Shown here: piece by piece, positions 22,580 to 36,306 of the stretch
Layout: each line of letters begins with the position of its first letter
Numbering within the stretch: position 1 is the first letter of the stretch
Source of the DNA: Okamejei kenojei
Lineage: Eukaryota
Length of the DNA: 64,000 nt
NCBI GenBank assembly: GCA_035221665.1
Contig: CM069145.1
Span: forward strand, 15,996,001-16,060,000
Direction: 5' to 3'
Notes under the pieces: generated by a model
What the model saw: only the letters and a program-made list of their open reading frames with translations
Told to the model about the DNA's origin: nothing
Databases searched by the model: none
Translations under genes and position numbers: made by a program

Positions 22580-25171
22580 GCTGAATGCTTCAACCAAATA
22601 AAAAGCCTTTGGCTACATTTATGAAATGAATAGGGCATTTAAATCGCAATTAACTTTGTATGTAAACAGAAAAATGCATTTACATTCATTCACAGACTGG
22701 TAGGCTTTATGTAAAAAAAAAACACATTTTAGTCATCTTCAGTAAAGCTCTGCAGCACCAAATTCAATAATAGGGCACATCGAAAGCTGATAAAATGAAG
22801 CATTCTGTCAAATCAAAAACGATCCAACATGATTGTCATCTATAGCTGAAAGCAGAACACAATCACTGAAAGACACCTGTTTCCTTATTATAGCTATTTC
22901 TGTTCAACAACCTTGTATTAGGATCCTTAAAAGATTTGTAGTCAGGAGGTTTACTCAAGGATTGTTTACTGCTAACAGAAATGATAATTTAGCCACTTTT
23001 CTTGCTTCAATCAAACGTATAAACTACAAGATTCTCTAGACAGCATAGCTGTTGATATTTTACCTTGGGGAAAGAAACAATAGAAATAATGGAACTGTTA
23101 GTTTTCCATGTTCATATACAGTTGCTTCAGCATTTATTGCACTTGTACTACTGATGTCTCTCTAAGCAAAAATTTAATTCCATTTATGACTTCTTGCTTT
23201 TTATTTTGGGTAAGTGTTGTACTCAGTTTCTTTAACTGAACAATATTCATTCTCCTTTATCTGAGGAGATTTTTAAAACATCAAAATTATTCAGACCAAT
23301 TTTTACACATAAAGGCTTTTATTTTAAAAGCACTATTGAAAAGAATTTAATCTTAACAGAAATCTTTCAGTAAATGTATACACCTGCTAATTGCCATATC
23401 ATACTTGCAAGGAGACATATTCAGATTTTTTTTTCTAAAATACATTAGCTAACGAAATATTCTGGATGTATGAGTTACGGAAACAAAATTTTAAGGGCTT
23501 TGCCTGCATATGAATAAAAGGATAAGTGAACAAGTCACCACAACTTACATTAATCCGTCTCCACCTCTCTTGCTTCATAATATATTTTTTAATTTATTAT
23601 GTAAGCTCGCCAAGGCAAGACTTTTTAAGATTGACCGCATAACACATTAAAGCTTTTAGCTTTATGACTTGGTAATAGTTTTAACCTAATACTTAAAAAC
23701 AAAGACATTTTGCAGCAATATGCATGCATTGAATTCCCTGAACAGTTCAGCTCATTCGGATTACCAAATCATATAGATCAGTAGTCCTATATTTCGAGCT
23801 GAATCCATTGATCTTAGCAATGACAGTGACCCAGTATGAAGAATCATTTCTTACCCCAGTTTACTATTTAGTCAGCTTTACTGAAAATCTACATGAATGG
23901 ATGTTCAATGAGGAGATCACTGGACTTCACTGTGATCCTGTGGTCTTCCCTATCCTGCCAGTACTCACTGGAAAGGGTCATATTTGATCAATAGCCACAT
24001 CGGGAACAAACTAGAGCAGATCGACTGACAACAGCAGATCCATTCACTATTTAGGAGTTAATCGTTTTAACACAAGAGAGTGAGGTTGAAAATTGGATAC
24101 AAGAAATACAGGAGGTCTGCATCAATAAGTTTCCTCCCCCCAATAAAATTATTATTTATTTTGAAGCTTAAATCCAAAATAAGCTTTATGACCATCTGCA
24201 AACAAAAGGTTCTGTTTGGACCTACAGAAATCTATATTTTTCATCTGAATCCTACTTAAGCTATTCCTTAAGGGCTATTCAAAATAAATGAAGTAGGGTG
24301 AAATAGCACCAGGTGACAATGGGAGGTCATATCAAGCTTTTCATTTGAAATGAAATATTTTTTTCTGAGGCACTGTATCCTATCACATATCTGCCTTCAT
24401 GTTTTCACTGGGCTGTTCCCCAGAATGTGATCCTTCTAATGCTGAGAATTGGGTTGGCAGTCTTTTCCCAAGCCACCAGCAGAGTTGGACTAAGTTGGGT
24501 GCACAGGGCACAAGAGTTGGTTCTCCCTTCCCAATTTCACCAAATCCCAAATGCATGGAATACAATCAGGAGATGCCCGGGGGAACGGGTCTGAGATCAC
24601 AAGCGTGGATTGGGCCTGCCTCTCTGTACCATGTGATGTGCTGTATTTTTGCCTACTGAACATTATTCAGTTAACAGTGGAATCAGTCTGCATCAAAACA
24701 ATGCCGCAGCCATCCAATTTTGAGGGCACTACAATTAACACAGTTTAAACTACTTATGTATCTTCAAGATGCAACAGTACTTAAGGGGACCGCAAACGAT
24801 CTTAAGTGTGCTGGATTGCCACAGGTCCCTGAACTAAAAAGAGGTTTGAGGAATGTGAGGGGGAATCTAATCTAAGGAGCAACAGTTTATGTTGCCACAG
24901 AGTGGTGGTTCCCATTCCCACGATTGAATTGCTCTGACAAGATGTGCAATGGCACTTAAAGATCCTAATATTTGCAAAATACCTATTAATACTTATTAAA
25001 TCAAACAAAGGAACAATGAATGTATTCTTGCTTTATGCTAAATGTTGATTTTTACAAAAGATCAGTTATATGGTTGGAGAAGTTGACTATTGTTTGGCTT
25101 TGAATTTAATTGCAACAGAAATGTTTCATTCAATAACAGAAATTATTGATCTATCCTCCCTCCCCCCTGGC

Positions 25172-25308
25172 GTCAGTCGGAACAAGGGTCTCAACCCAAA
25201 AGTCACCTGTTCCTTCTCTCCAGAGATGCTGCCTGTCCTGATGAGTTACTCCAGCAAGTTGTGTCTATCTTGGATTTAAACCAGCATCTGCAGTTCCTTC
25301 ATATGCAT
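25172..25308 (+). mobile_element. PLE-derived short repeat
   Basis: AAGGGTCTCAACCCAAAAGTCACC...TCTCCAGAGATGCTGCCTGTCC...AAACCAGCATCTGCAGTTCCTT. Confidence 0.85.
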
Positions 25309-26065
25309 AAAACAAAGAAACTGATTTACTGAAATGAAAAAAAAAAACAACTTTATTCTTGATAAGGGTATTTTGGCTTTTTCACACTTTAAAAATAAGG
25401 TCCTTAAAAAATAAATCATCCCCTCTGCCTTCATGATTTCACCTTCATCCTATGTTCATTTACAAAGGGCTTTTCATTTTCAGAGCAAGTTTAAGAGATA
25501 GAATTGGTGCGAGAGAAAGAGTGAGAAAGAAAAATTTGTGCATGGCAAGGAAGTTGTTGTGTTGATGTGATTACTGGAATGAGTTTATGGAGTTTAGTTT
25601 GTTATTGTGTAAGAAGAAACAGGAATATTTTCAGCACAATAGGATATTTTTTTATTGAGAGTGCAAAGTGGTATTGAAATGTACTGTATTGGAATTAGTG
25701 CATAAAATAAATTTAAGGCAAAAGTGTGCTGAAGAGTGTGCAGCTATGAGGAGGGTTGTACACAAGAACTGTATCTGAAATGTAAGAGCATTGAATGTTG
25801 GTGTGTGGCAGTGTTTTCAGTAAGTTCAAGGGTGTGAAAAGAAGTATGCACAATGACTGTAAACATGTGAAAATTGAGTGCATAAGAAAATATCCCAGGA
25901 AGGGCCTGACCTCATGGTGTTTAGAAGTTCATATGCAAAAGGTTTAAACAAATGTTTAAATCAAATAAACCTTTTGCCTTAGAAACAAGTGTTAAAAGGG
26001 GTTTAATTTCAATGGAGACTTGACAAGAGTTGGTTGGACAAAATAGTAAAGGGGCTGCCTTTACA

Positions 26066-26373
26066 AAGGGGCTGCTGTACAATCTAACTCAAGAGCTCTC
26101 CCGAGTTACAAAAAAAAAAAATCAAACTCGTGGAAAGCACGTAGAATGTACGTAGCGGGTACGTCAGAACTAGGGACGTCTCTTAGCGGCTCGTAATGCT
26201 AACGGCAGGTACTCGGGAAACGCGGTAAGCTCGTGAAGACTTTTAAACATGTTGAAAAATGTCCACGTGGGCCCTGAGTACCTACGAGTGGCTATTACTG
26301 TAATTCTCCGAGTTCGAATCAGGAGAAACTCGGGAGAACTCTTGAATTAGCTCGTACAGTGGGACAGCCCTTT
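26066..26373. mobile_element. MITE, PIF/Harbinger-like; second terminal fragment at about 26447-26520
   Basis: Sub-terminal inverted repeats TCAAGAGCTCTCCCGAGTT / AACTCGGGAGAACTCTTGA; right end AGTGGGACAGCCCTTTAA is complementary to TAAAGGCCTGTCCCACT at 26447. Confidence 0.7.
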
Positions 26374-27499
26374 AAGATAATTCTGCCGTCTTTAATTCTT
26401 GGATAAGTTTAAATGCCAGTGCATGCCTGCATGTGTAAATGAGGTTTAAAGGCCTGTCCCACTAGGCGATTTTTTAGGTGACTGTCATAGTCGTAGCAGG
26501 TTGCCGAAAAGCCAGCGTTCTGTTCTAAGTATGAACAATTACTAATCTAGGTACTGTAATATGACTTTTGACACAAAATATGTCAAACAATCATGTCCAA
26601 CTCTGTTGCTGCCAGCTCCAACTAGAGTTTAATCGGTGTAGTGCCGATACATTTAACAATACTGGATGGTATTCGATTTTTCTGCATCTGACTGGCTGCG
26701 ATAAGGAAAAAAACACGGAGCCGAGGGAAAGGCCAAATTTAACACTGAACCAACATTTTCTTCTTTGCGTGCGTGTAGTGTGAATCTACCAGTGGTTGCA
26801 CTAAGGTGAGAAGAAGGTAATATTCTCTGCCAATGGAAAAATCCCTGATAATGGTGGGAGGGAAAAAATATACGAAGATACAAATATACCAAAGTACGCT
26901 ATTATCTGTGAGCACACCACAGTTTAACAAAGTCACCACAGTCTGTAAACTCACATCACCAGTCATCTGAACATTTAAACTTACTTCCACAAACTAGAGG
27001 AACTTCTAACAAAAAGTGCAAGCTGTAAAAATACCTTCACCAGCAAAGCTTTCCAAGTCATTCCTCTTCATCCTAAAGGGAATATTGGTTCCATCTTCGT
27101 ACATGGCATTCATCCAAACAATGCTTGCCACTGGCTAACATAGTATGATAACACTATTGATGTCAACTGCGGTTTGTAGAGCTTTGAGCAGAGAGGTCAG
27201 AGTGTACAAAATTTCAGAACTGAGGTCCATGTGAAATTTGCACCCGCACATTTGACTAAATCCTTCGTTAATCACATCAGCCTAACAGATTCTTTCAGCA
27301 TTGAAATAGCAACATACATTTGCTTTAAACCTGTGACTTTTAGTCTCATTTCAATAAAAACAAATCAAGTGTTATATTAATGTGCTCATAAAAGTGCAAA
27401 TGCAAGGCTATTGAGGGAGTTCAGGACATATAAACAGAAACACTGACCTCTGGTAACTTGTTTATATCATTTCAACATCAAGGTCAGTTAATCAATAAT

Positions 27500-28518
27500 T
27501 ATATAATATAATGTTAAATATAGAAACACCAACGACAGAGGCAATTAGAAGGGAACAAGAGTTATTGATAAACATCCATAACGACAGATGGGAAAAAAAT
27601 ATATTATAGGTACATAAATGTTCGATTAATGTAAGACATAACCTAATTCAATTTAAAATTTTACACAGATTATATTACTCGAAAACCAGACTGAATAAAA
27701 TATTTCCAAATGTTTCCCCCATTTGTGATAAATGTCTAACTCAAAATGCCACTATAGCACAATCCTTGTACAAAACTGCATATGTCTAACTCTAAATGCC
27801 ACTATAGCACAATCCTTTTCACTTGTACAAAACTGCATAAATTTTGGAATGAAATTTTTGGAACTTTTACAAAACTATTTAAACAAAATTGAACCCCAAT
27901 ACAGAACTGATTATCTTTGGATCAATGGAAGAGGGAAGTAAATTAACTACGTTCCAAGAAGCTCTTCTTAATTACGGTTTAATAACAGCAAAAAAATGTA
28001 TACTCAAATTCTGGAAAAACGCAACCACGCTAACGTTCAAAATGTGGATTTCAAATATGTCGGAAACGCTACTTCTTGAAGAAATGAGATTCCTCCTACT
28101 AGGCAAAGTAGACCTATTCTTAAAGATAAAAGGTCTCCTTTTATCGACTTTTTACAAGCATATGGTACAACATAACACAACCTTAGAAATTAAATGGTTC
28201 AGAATGGGCGACGGATGGGAAAAAATACAAAATAGGTATATCTCTTCTAATTTCTCTTTTCTCTACTTTCTCTTTTTCACTCAATCTTCTTAGCTTTTTA
28301 TCTCTGCTCTGTCTCTTCCGCTATCTGTTTCCACTCGCTTGTCTATCTATTTCGACACTCTTTATTTCCCTTTTTCTTTCACTGTTCTTTTATTATTAAA
28401 TTAAAAACACAAAGTTGTACAAGAATGGTAATGTGTATGTATGTATTAGGTACTTAGGTACCACACTACTGTACTTACTTCTAACATAAATAAATAAATT
28501 TAAAAAAAAATTAAAAAA
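27500..28518 (+). mobile_element. 5'-truncated L1-clade LINE (ORF2 C-terminal zinc-finger region, 3' UTR, A-rich tail)
   Basis: Translates to HKCSINVRHNLIQFKILHRLYYSKTRLNKIFPNVSPICDKC and AKKCILKFWK; A-rich tail; imperfect TSD AG(G/A)TCAGTT(A/C)ATCA. Confidence 0.85.
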
Positions 28519-30006
28519 GATCAGTTCATCATATTTATAATTCTACTGCAATATACACACAGATACTTCTAAGAATTACTCGAAAGTAGTTTGTATTTTC
28601 CTATGGGAAGGCAAATGGAGTTTTAGATTGAGATGTTGTTAAGAAAGGCCAAGTTGATGGAACTGACTGTAACATTTGGCCTCGGAAATAAAAACTCTAC
28701 TGAAGGCAAACCTATGTTTACCTCATGCTTATATAAATTAGATAGCATCAAGTGACAATACATACGTAACAGCAATTTAAATTAAAATCAAATGCGAGTG
28801 TGGACTAAGCAATGATTCGATCCAGATCTCTCCAACACAAGCAAACACAGAAGAGTTTTTTTTTTCCCAGCAGCTTTAATTTCTTAAATTAATCTAAATT
28901 CTTAAAACATATTTTCAATTTTAAAATCTTCTGATTGTTGCATAACAAGATAAGCCACTCCCATGAAAGCTGGTGACAGAAATACATAACTGCAATGACT
29001 GCTGCTAATGTGGTGGATATTTATGTAAGAGTTTAAACATGAAGTATTGTGAGAAGTTGACACAGACAAAGTTTATTTTTAGAGACCTCTTGCAGATAAA
29101 AATCGTGCTGCTCCGAGGATGCATTTCTAACACCACTCATCTCGCAGGCTCAGCCTCATATCCTGTAAGAGGTGTCAAGTGCTAAGTGCTAGCAGCAATG
29201 CAGACCTTTCTCTGAAGCAACTAGCTAGGAGAGTAAAGGTCATCCTCTGGTAGAGCAAAACTTGTCAAACAGTGAAGTATTCCTTTTCCTGAATGGCACC
29301 GCTAAATATATGTAATGCATAAAACAAAATTTAATCTGCAATTTCAATGAAATGGATGAAAACAATCTTTCTAATAAGTCCCAGAATGGAAAAACTAATA
29401 TATACTGTTCTGCTATATAAATCTGTAAGAATCTACAGTTACAAGATAAACTATGCACAGTTTGTTTTTACACATGAAGTTCTTCATCAGACATAGCTAT
29501 AAAAACATTCAAATTATTGTGATTTTCTTCTGTTACAGATATGTAACTTCACATTCCGATCCTCCTGCTTTAACACTGCGTGTTTCCTCCCTTGGGCTCC
29601 ATTCTGGTACAATCTGTATTTTTCAACTCCCTTTCCATGGTTATTGCAATTTTAATTTCAGAAGCATACATTACCAAACTAAAGGCAGGCAAACAGAAGA
29701 GAAACCAATCTCTGAAAGCATCACAGGAGTGGACAAGTTACGGGAACAGCCATACTCCGGAGTCACCGGCAAAGGTAGCAATCAGCTGCAGCTGTTATGC
29801 GTGCAGAAGAGAAATTTGCAGCATGCCTTTAGCCCCACAACCATATTATAGATGAGGGATGTGCGGAGAGCACTAGTCCTGCATGTTGGAAGAAAGCTTT
29901 GTTGTTCACAACATGGGAATTTATCCAGACAACACAAAAGCTAGATCAGCCGTGATCCAGTCATTGAGCCTTGCTATTTTTAAAAGAACACTGAATGTAA
30001 AAAAAA

Positions 30007-30195
30007 NNNNNNNNNNNNNNNNNNNNNNNNNNNNNNNNNNNNNNNNNNNNNNNNNNNNNNNNNNNNNNNNNNNNNNNNNNNNNNNNNNNNNNNNNNNNNN
30101 NNNNNNNNNNNNNNNNNNNNNNNNNNNNNNNNNNNNNNNNNNNNNNNNNNNNNNNNNNNNNNNNNNNNNNNNNNNNNNNNNNNNNNNNNNNNNNN
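30007..30195. other. N block (189 nt)
   Basis: Run of N flanked by A tracts. Confidence 1.
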
Positions 30196-30589
30196 AAATA
30201 GAAGGTTTGCCATTATGGGTAAGGATCACTATTTAATTCAGAATCTCAGTTCTACTGTCCCTGTAAGATTTTTAATTTCTTCCCTTTGCCATTTGCTTCC
30301 ACAAGGCACAATTCGACTCCGATTACAAATGGCTTGCCAGGCTCAAACCTGCCCAGAGGACTGGCGTTCAAGGAAGCTGAAGCTCTATAAGTAGAGGATG
30401 CAGTGCAATGCTATCGTTAACTGACCCATGACCAATAACACCTTGACCCCAGTGTTTCCAGTGCTTTGGCATTTACCTCTGTGATTGTTGCCAACTGGGC
30501 CTGTTGCCCGCTGGACCAGGTGTGCCTGCCATGCCACTGTCTCCCAAAGTCATGGCAATGCTGAACTTTTACAGTGCTGGATTTGTGGC

Positions 30590-31110
30590 AGAGATGTAAT
30601 GCTGAGGCCGCATTTGGAGTACTGTGAGCAAATTTGAGCCCCATATCTGAGGAATTATGTGCTTGCTCTGGAGAGGGTCCAAGATGATTCCAGGAATGGG
30701 TGGGTTAGCACATGATGAATGTTTGACAGCACTGGCCTTCTACTCACTGGAGATTAGAAGGTTGAGGGGGGAACTCATTGAAAGGCATAGATAGAGTGGA
30801 TGTGGAAAGGATGTTTCCACTGGCTGGAGAGTCTAGGACCAGAGGTCATAGCATCAGAATGAAAGGGCGTCTTTTTAGAAAGGATGTGAGGAAGAACCTC
30901 TTTAGTCGGAGGGTAGTGAATCTGTGGAATTATTTGCCACATAGGGCTGTGGAGGCCAAGTCAGTGGATATTTGTAAGGCAGAGATAGACAAAATCTTGA
31001 TTAGAACGGGTGTCAAGGGTTATAGGGAGAAGACAAGAAAATGGGATTAGGAGGCAGAGATCAGCGGAGTATACTCAATAGGGCAAATGGCCTAATCCTA
31101 CTCTTATAAC
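30590..31110 (+). mobile_element. CR1-type LINE 3' fragment
   Basis: RPHLEYC at the start; ORF KGIDRVDVERMFPLAGESRTRGHSIRMKGRLFRKDVRKNLFSRRVVNLWNYLP. Confidence 0.92.
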
Positions 31111-31439
31111 GTGTGGCACCAGCTCCAGTTCCCAGGAGGCAGCCTGCACCTCTGCACTGGGAGCTGGTTGACCCCTCAAGAACTGCTAACGATGAAAACT
31201 CATTTCATGAACCAGCCAAATTCACCTTCTGCTACTTTCCAATCGCAAAAGAGGGTCCATCATTAAAAAAAAGCAAACAACCAAACTAAGGCTGGTTAAA
31301 TTCAATCAGCACCTAAGGAATATAGATTATCAATGGACAGTGGATCAGAGAACACATCTAGAAAACCAAACTTCTTTATTGTTGGCATGGTTGTTGTTGT
31401 TTCTCCCCCAAGGAGAAAGATATGAAGATTAGAAAACTT

Positions 31440-33140
31440 GGGAATGTTCATGGGGGTGTCTTGGGAATAGACCACATTATAGTAGAGGAGGTGCTGGATG
31501 TCTTACAATATATGAAGGTAGATAAATCTCCAGAGCCACATCTAGTACAGCCAAGAACAATGTGAGAAGCCATAGAAGAGACTTTGGGAAGTTAGAGAAG
31601 AAACTGTAGGAGCTCTGGCTGAGATATATGTATCATCATTAGACATGGGTGAGGTGCTGGAGGACCAGAGGATGGTTAATGTTGTGTCTTTATTTAAGAA
31701 AGGCTGCAAAGAAAATCTGGTAACTACAGACCAGGAAACCTAACAGCTGTGGTAGGTCAGCTATGACAGGAGATTCTGAGTGGCAAGATATACATGCATT
31801 TGGAAAGACAGGCACTGATTCAGGATGTTCAGCATGGCTCTATGTGTATATGGGGATCATGTCTCACAACTTTAAGTTTTTCAAAGAACTAACCAACAGG
31901 TCATTGAGGATAGGGTCTTGGATGTAGTTTGTTACAGACTTCCACATGCCTCTGCATGGAAGGCTGTTCAGAAAGGTTGGATCACACGAGATCCAGGGAG
32001 AGCTAGCTAATTTGATTCATGATTAGATTGATGGTGGGAAACAGAAGGTGATGATGGAAGGTTGTTTTTTGGACTGGAGGCCCATGACTAGTGGTGTGCC
32101 TCGAGGTTCGGTGCTGGGCCCATTGTTTTTCCATCATCCCCATCACAGATGTGGATGATAATGAACACAGCATGGCTAGTAAGTTGAAAGATGACAGTAA
32201 AACAGGTGATATCATTGACAGAGATGAAGTATATCAACAATTATTATGGGATCTTGATCAGCTATGTAATTAGATTGAGGAATGGCAAATGCAGTTTAAT
32301 TCATAGGCGAGAAGTATTTCATTTTGGGAAGTCAAACTAGGATAAGATCTTCACAGTGAATGGTGCGTCACTGGGGAGCGCTGTGCAGCAAAGGGATCGA
32401 GGAGTACAAGTACTTAGTTACATGAAAAATAGAGTCACAGGTAAACAGTATAGGGCAGAAGGATTTTGCACTTTGTCAGTCAGGGCACTGAACACTAAAG
32501 GGTCTCAACCCGAAATGTCACCCATTGCTTCTTTCCAGAAATGCTGCCTGTCCTGCTGGGTTACTCCAGCATTTTGTGTCTATCTTAGATTTAAACCATT
32601 ATCTAATCTGCATTTCTTTCCTACACATTGAACATAGAAGTTGGGATATTGTGTTGCAGTTGTATACGACTTTGGCGATGTCACACTCGGAGTATTGTGT
32701 TCAGTTTTGGTCAACCTGGTCCAACAAGGATGTCATTAAGATATACAAGGACATTGTCGGGACGCGAGGGCATGAACTATAGGGAGAGATTGTCTAACCT
32801 ATGTGTAACCTATGAACACGGGAGGCTGAGGGTTGATCTTACAAGGGAGTATAAAATCATGAGGGACATTGATAGGGCTTTTTTTCCCCCCTGGGGGAAT
32901 CAAGAACGAGGGAACATAGATTAGAGGGGAAAGATTTAATAGAAAACTGAGGGTGGTACATATATGAAACAAGCTGCTGGAGAGAGTAGGCGAGGCACAA
33001 ATAATAACAACAGTTATAAGACATTTGGATAAGTACATAGATAAGAAAGGGATATGTGTGAAATGCAGTGGAAAAAAAACTAGTTTAAATGAGGTAAACG
33101 GACAAGTTGGGCCAAAAGGTTTCTTTCCGTGCTGTATAAC
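31440..33140 (+). mobile_element. Decayed CR1/HER1 LINE, RT domain to 3' tail
   Basis: WRPMTSGVPRGSVLGPLF, DDSK (decayed ADD motif), EYCVQFWS, and tail GGGCCAAAAGG...TTTCCGTGCTGTATAACT; many frameshifts. Confidence 0.9.
32498..32625 (+). mobile_element. PLE-derived repeat nested in CR1
   Basis: AAGGGTCTCAACCCGAAATGTCACCC...; imperfect TSD CA(C/T)TGAACA at 32486-32494 and 32626-32634. Confidence 0.8.
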
Positions 33141-33507
33141 TATGCACACAAAATTTAATTGAGGAAGATTCATCCGTGAAGCATTGGCATCAATACTTTT
33201 TGGAGAATAAAGAGATATGTGTGTGTTTCAGTTAAAAAAGATCTGAACAGGTTTAAAAAAATAATGAAGGAGTGAAGGTAGTTGAGAGAATGAAAATGGT
33301 GAACATGCAGCCCTCTACGCAAGGCCGTTATTGGAAGTAGCTACCCAGTGAAGGCAAATTAGCACACGTTTATTGAACAGAATGTCTCCGGTTCTAAAAC
33401 CAAAAAAAGAAATAAAGCAGTGTGGTTTGCATATGTTAGTAAATCAAACTTTGGTGCAAATGAAATCAGTTCTACTCCTATAACTTGTGAACATATGAAG
33501 TCTACTT

Positions 33508-33760
33508 CACCGTTCAATCATGGATGATCTATCTCTCCCTCCTAACCCCAATCTCCTGCATTCTCCCCATAACCCCTGACACCTGCACTAATCAAAAATA
33601 TATCTATCTCTGCCTTAAAAATATCCACTGACTTGGCCTCCATAGCCTTCTATGACAAAGAATACCACAGATTCACCACCCTCTGTCTGAAGAAATTCCT
33701 CCTTATCTCCTTCCTAAAATAACTTCCTCTAAGTCTGAGGCTGTGACCACTAGTCCTAAA
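33508..33760 (-). mobile_element. CR1 3' end
   Basis: CTGCCTTAAAAATATCCACTGACTTGGCCTCC...CCACAGATTCACCACCCTCTG. Confidence 0.88.
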
Positions 33761-33799
33761 CTCTGAAATGAAGGGCATATCTGACAAGAAAAAAAAAAC

Positions 33800-34195
33800 A
33801 ATGAGTTGGTAAATAGGTCTATATTATCTGTATGGAGTTGAGACGAATAAGGTTTAGTATGAACTGTGAGTCTACACTCCAAGGTAAATACTCTGAGGAT
33901 ATTTCCCCTGATGGAGGTGTTTAGAACAAGGGACCATAGTCTCAAATTGGGCAGTGGAGATGTTGAGGAATTTGTTCTTCCAGACCTTGTGAATTTGCGG
34001 AATTCTCTACTCCAGACAGCAATGAAGGACGAATCATTAAACATGGCCACAGGAGAGGTGGATGAAAGTTAGCAATCTAGGTTTTTGGGATTGGGCAGGA
34101 AAGTAGAATTGAAGCCATAAATCTGTTCAGCTGTGATCTTTCTGAGCACCAGAGCTGATTCAAGGGGCTGCATGCCCGCTCCTATTTCATACGTT
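33800..34195 (+). mobile_element. Older CR1 3' end
   Basis: IFPLMEVFRTRDHSLKL...LVNLRNSLLQTA. Confidence 0.7.
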
Positions 34196-34354
34196 CTACT
34201 CCCTCAGAGCAACGAACATCTGAAGTTCATGGGGACTACAATTACATCAGCTGTGAATTTGAATATTCATGAGCTGAATTCAGGAAAAGGTAGTAGATAG
34301 TCTCAAACAATATTTTTTTGGTCGAAACTGGTTTCTTCTTTAAGACTTCTTTAT

Positions 34355-34487
34355 GTCCAAAGAAGGGTCTCGAACCCAAAGCATCACCCATTCCTTCTCT
34401 CCAGAGATGCTGCCTATCCCGTAGAGTTACTCCAACATTTTGTGTCTATCTTCAGTTTAAATCAGCATCTGCAGTTCCTTCCAACAC
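34355..34487 (+). mobile_element. PLE-derived short repeat (followed by a minus CR1 tail relic to about 34750)
   Basis: AAGAAGGGTCTCGAACCCAAAGCATCACCCATTCCTTCTCTCCAGAGATGCTGCC. Confidence 0.8.
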
Positions 34488-35329
34488 ATTTCATCTGCAA
34501 GGTTAGGAAGCTGGAGGATGCCATTCAGCCCCTCAATCATTCTCCACCACTCGTCAACTCTTCAAGATCGTGGCTGATCTTCTATCTTATACTCTGTCTT
34601 CTTGAACCTTCTCTAAATCCAATGGTTTCTTTAATATTCAGTAATTTACCAACCTCTGCATTGAATTAAATCAATGACCAAGCCTCCATAACCTTCTGGG
34701 GTAGAGAATTTGAAAGACTCACCGTCCTTTGGGTGATAACATTTCTAATTTCATTTCAAATGTACATAAAATTAAATGGTTTATCTATGTAGTCTGAAAA
34801 GGTTATGATTTTGAATGGAAATATTAGACCAAAAGCCTGTATATCTGAATAGAGGATATAAAATTTGCTGCAAAGGAATTGAGGAAAATCAGCATGTTCT
34901 TTGACTACTCCTGCAAATAACAATTAGTAGATTAATCCATTTATTAATCTTAATAGTAGTTTTTTATGATCTTGCTGTGCATAGATCAGATGTCATATCA
35001 TTATCTACAAAATGGCCGAGTGCGATAAAATAATATCCTGGTCATTTCACATAGGGCTGCAGAACGTTAAAAGGGTGTTTTGGTTGGCTTTACCTGAGAG
35101 CCTCCAATAGTGGCTCGGATAGGAGAGGAAAGCTGTAAAAGTAATTGTATTCAGCCGGCCTTCTTCCATTCCCTACAGTTTGGTTTTACCAGTGAAGGCC
35201 ATATTGTTTTCTCAGCACTTGAGCATACTGCAAAATCCCAGCACCAACATGATATATATGCTGCATGGCAATAGCAATTCACTGTTTCCGTATCTACACA
35301 TTGTAAATGTACAGGTGTCTTTTAGCTTA

Positions 35330-35610
35330 ACTTAGTTTAGTTTAAATTAGAGATACAGCGCGGAGACAGGAGCTTCGGCCCACCGAGTTCGTGCCGAGCA
35401 GCAATTCAACTAACACTATCCTACACACACTAGGGACAATTAACAATTAAGCCAAGCCAATTAGTCTCCAAACTGGTACGTCTTTGGAGTATGGGAGGAA
35501 ACCGGAGATCCCTGAGAAAACCCATGCAAGTCATGGGGAGAATGTACAAAATCTGTGGAGTTAAGCACCCGCAGTCAGGATCGAACTTGGGTTTCTGGTA
35601 CTGTGAGGCA
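35330..35610 (-). mobile_element. tRNA-derived V-domain SINE (HE1-like)
   Basis: B box GTTCGATCC, V domain GGTTTCCTCCCATACTCCAAAGAC, (CTAAA)n tail. Confidence 0.85.
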
Positions 35611-36306
35611 AGAAAACAAGAAAAGAAGTGGGGCAGGACAAAGCTGGGCAAGTAATAGATGAACATATGAAAGGGGGGTTTTCAAAGGTAGATGTTAGAA
35701 AAAGGCCAGAGATGAAAAGACAGGAGGTACGAGAAAAGGATTGAAGAGTTACAAATTGTGAAGCCAGAGGAAGGAATGTAGGGGGGAGGGGAGGGGAGGG
35801 AGGGAGGTGCATATCCAGATGGGGCACAGGGTAGAGAGGAGGATAAAATAAATGGGGGGGTCGGGGAAGAATGGAGATGGGCCGCGTTTGTAGTTACCTG
35901 AAATCTGAGAAATCAATGTTCATACCGTTGGGTTGTAAGCTACCCAAGCGGAATATGAGGTGCTGCTCCTCCAGTTTGCAAGTGGCCTCACTCTGGCAAT
36001 GGAGGATGCCCGGTTCAGAAAAGTCAGAAGAGAATGGGAGTTAAAATGGTTGGCAACCGTTAGCAATGGAAGAGGAGTTAATATGGTTAGCAACCGGGTG
36101 ATCCAGCAGGCCTTGGCGGACTAAGCACAAGTGTTCAGCAAAACAGTCGCCGAGTCTACGCTTGGTCTCGCCGATGTACAGGAGGCCACATCGGGAACAG
36201 CGGCTGCAGTAGATGAGGTTAGCAGAGATGCACCATAACCTCTGCCTCACCTGGAAAGATTACCATAGTTCCTGGATGGAGGTGAGGGAGGAGGTGCAGG
36301 GACAGA
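35611..36306 (-). mobile_element. Penelope-like retroelement fragment with GIY-YIG endonuclease
   Basis: ORF 36041-36250: ANLIYCSRCSRCGLLYIGETKRRLGDCFAEHL, then KLEEQHLIFRLGSLQPNGMNIDFS further downstream. Confidence 0.92.

Noticed and set aside
21279-22638. ORFs spanning N blocks (also at 5.9-6.5, 29.9-30.2 and 52.1-53.7 kb)
   Set aside because: Artefacts of N codons having no stops.
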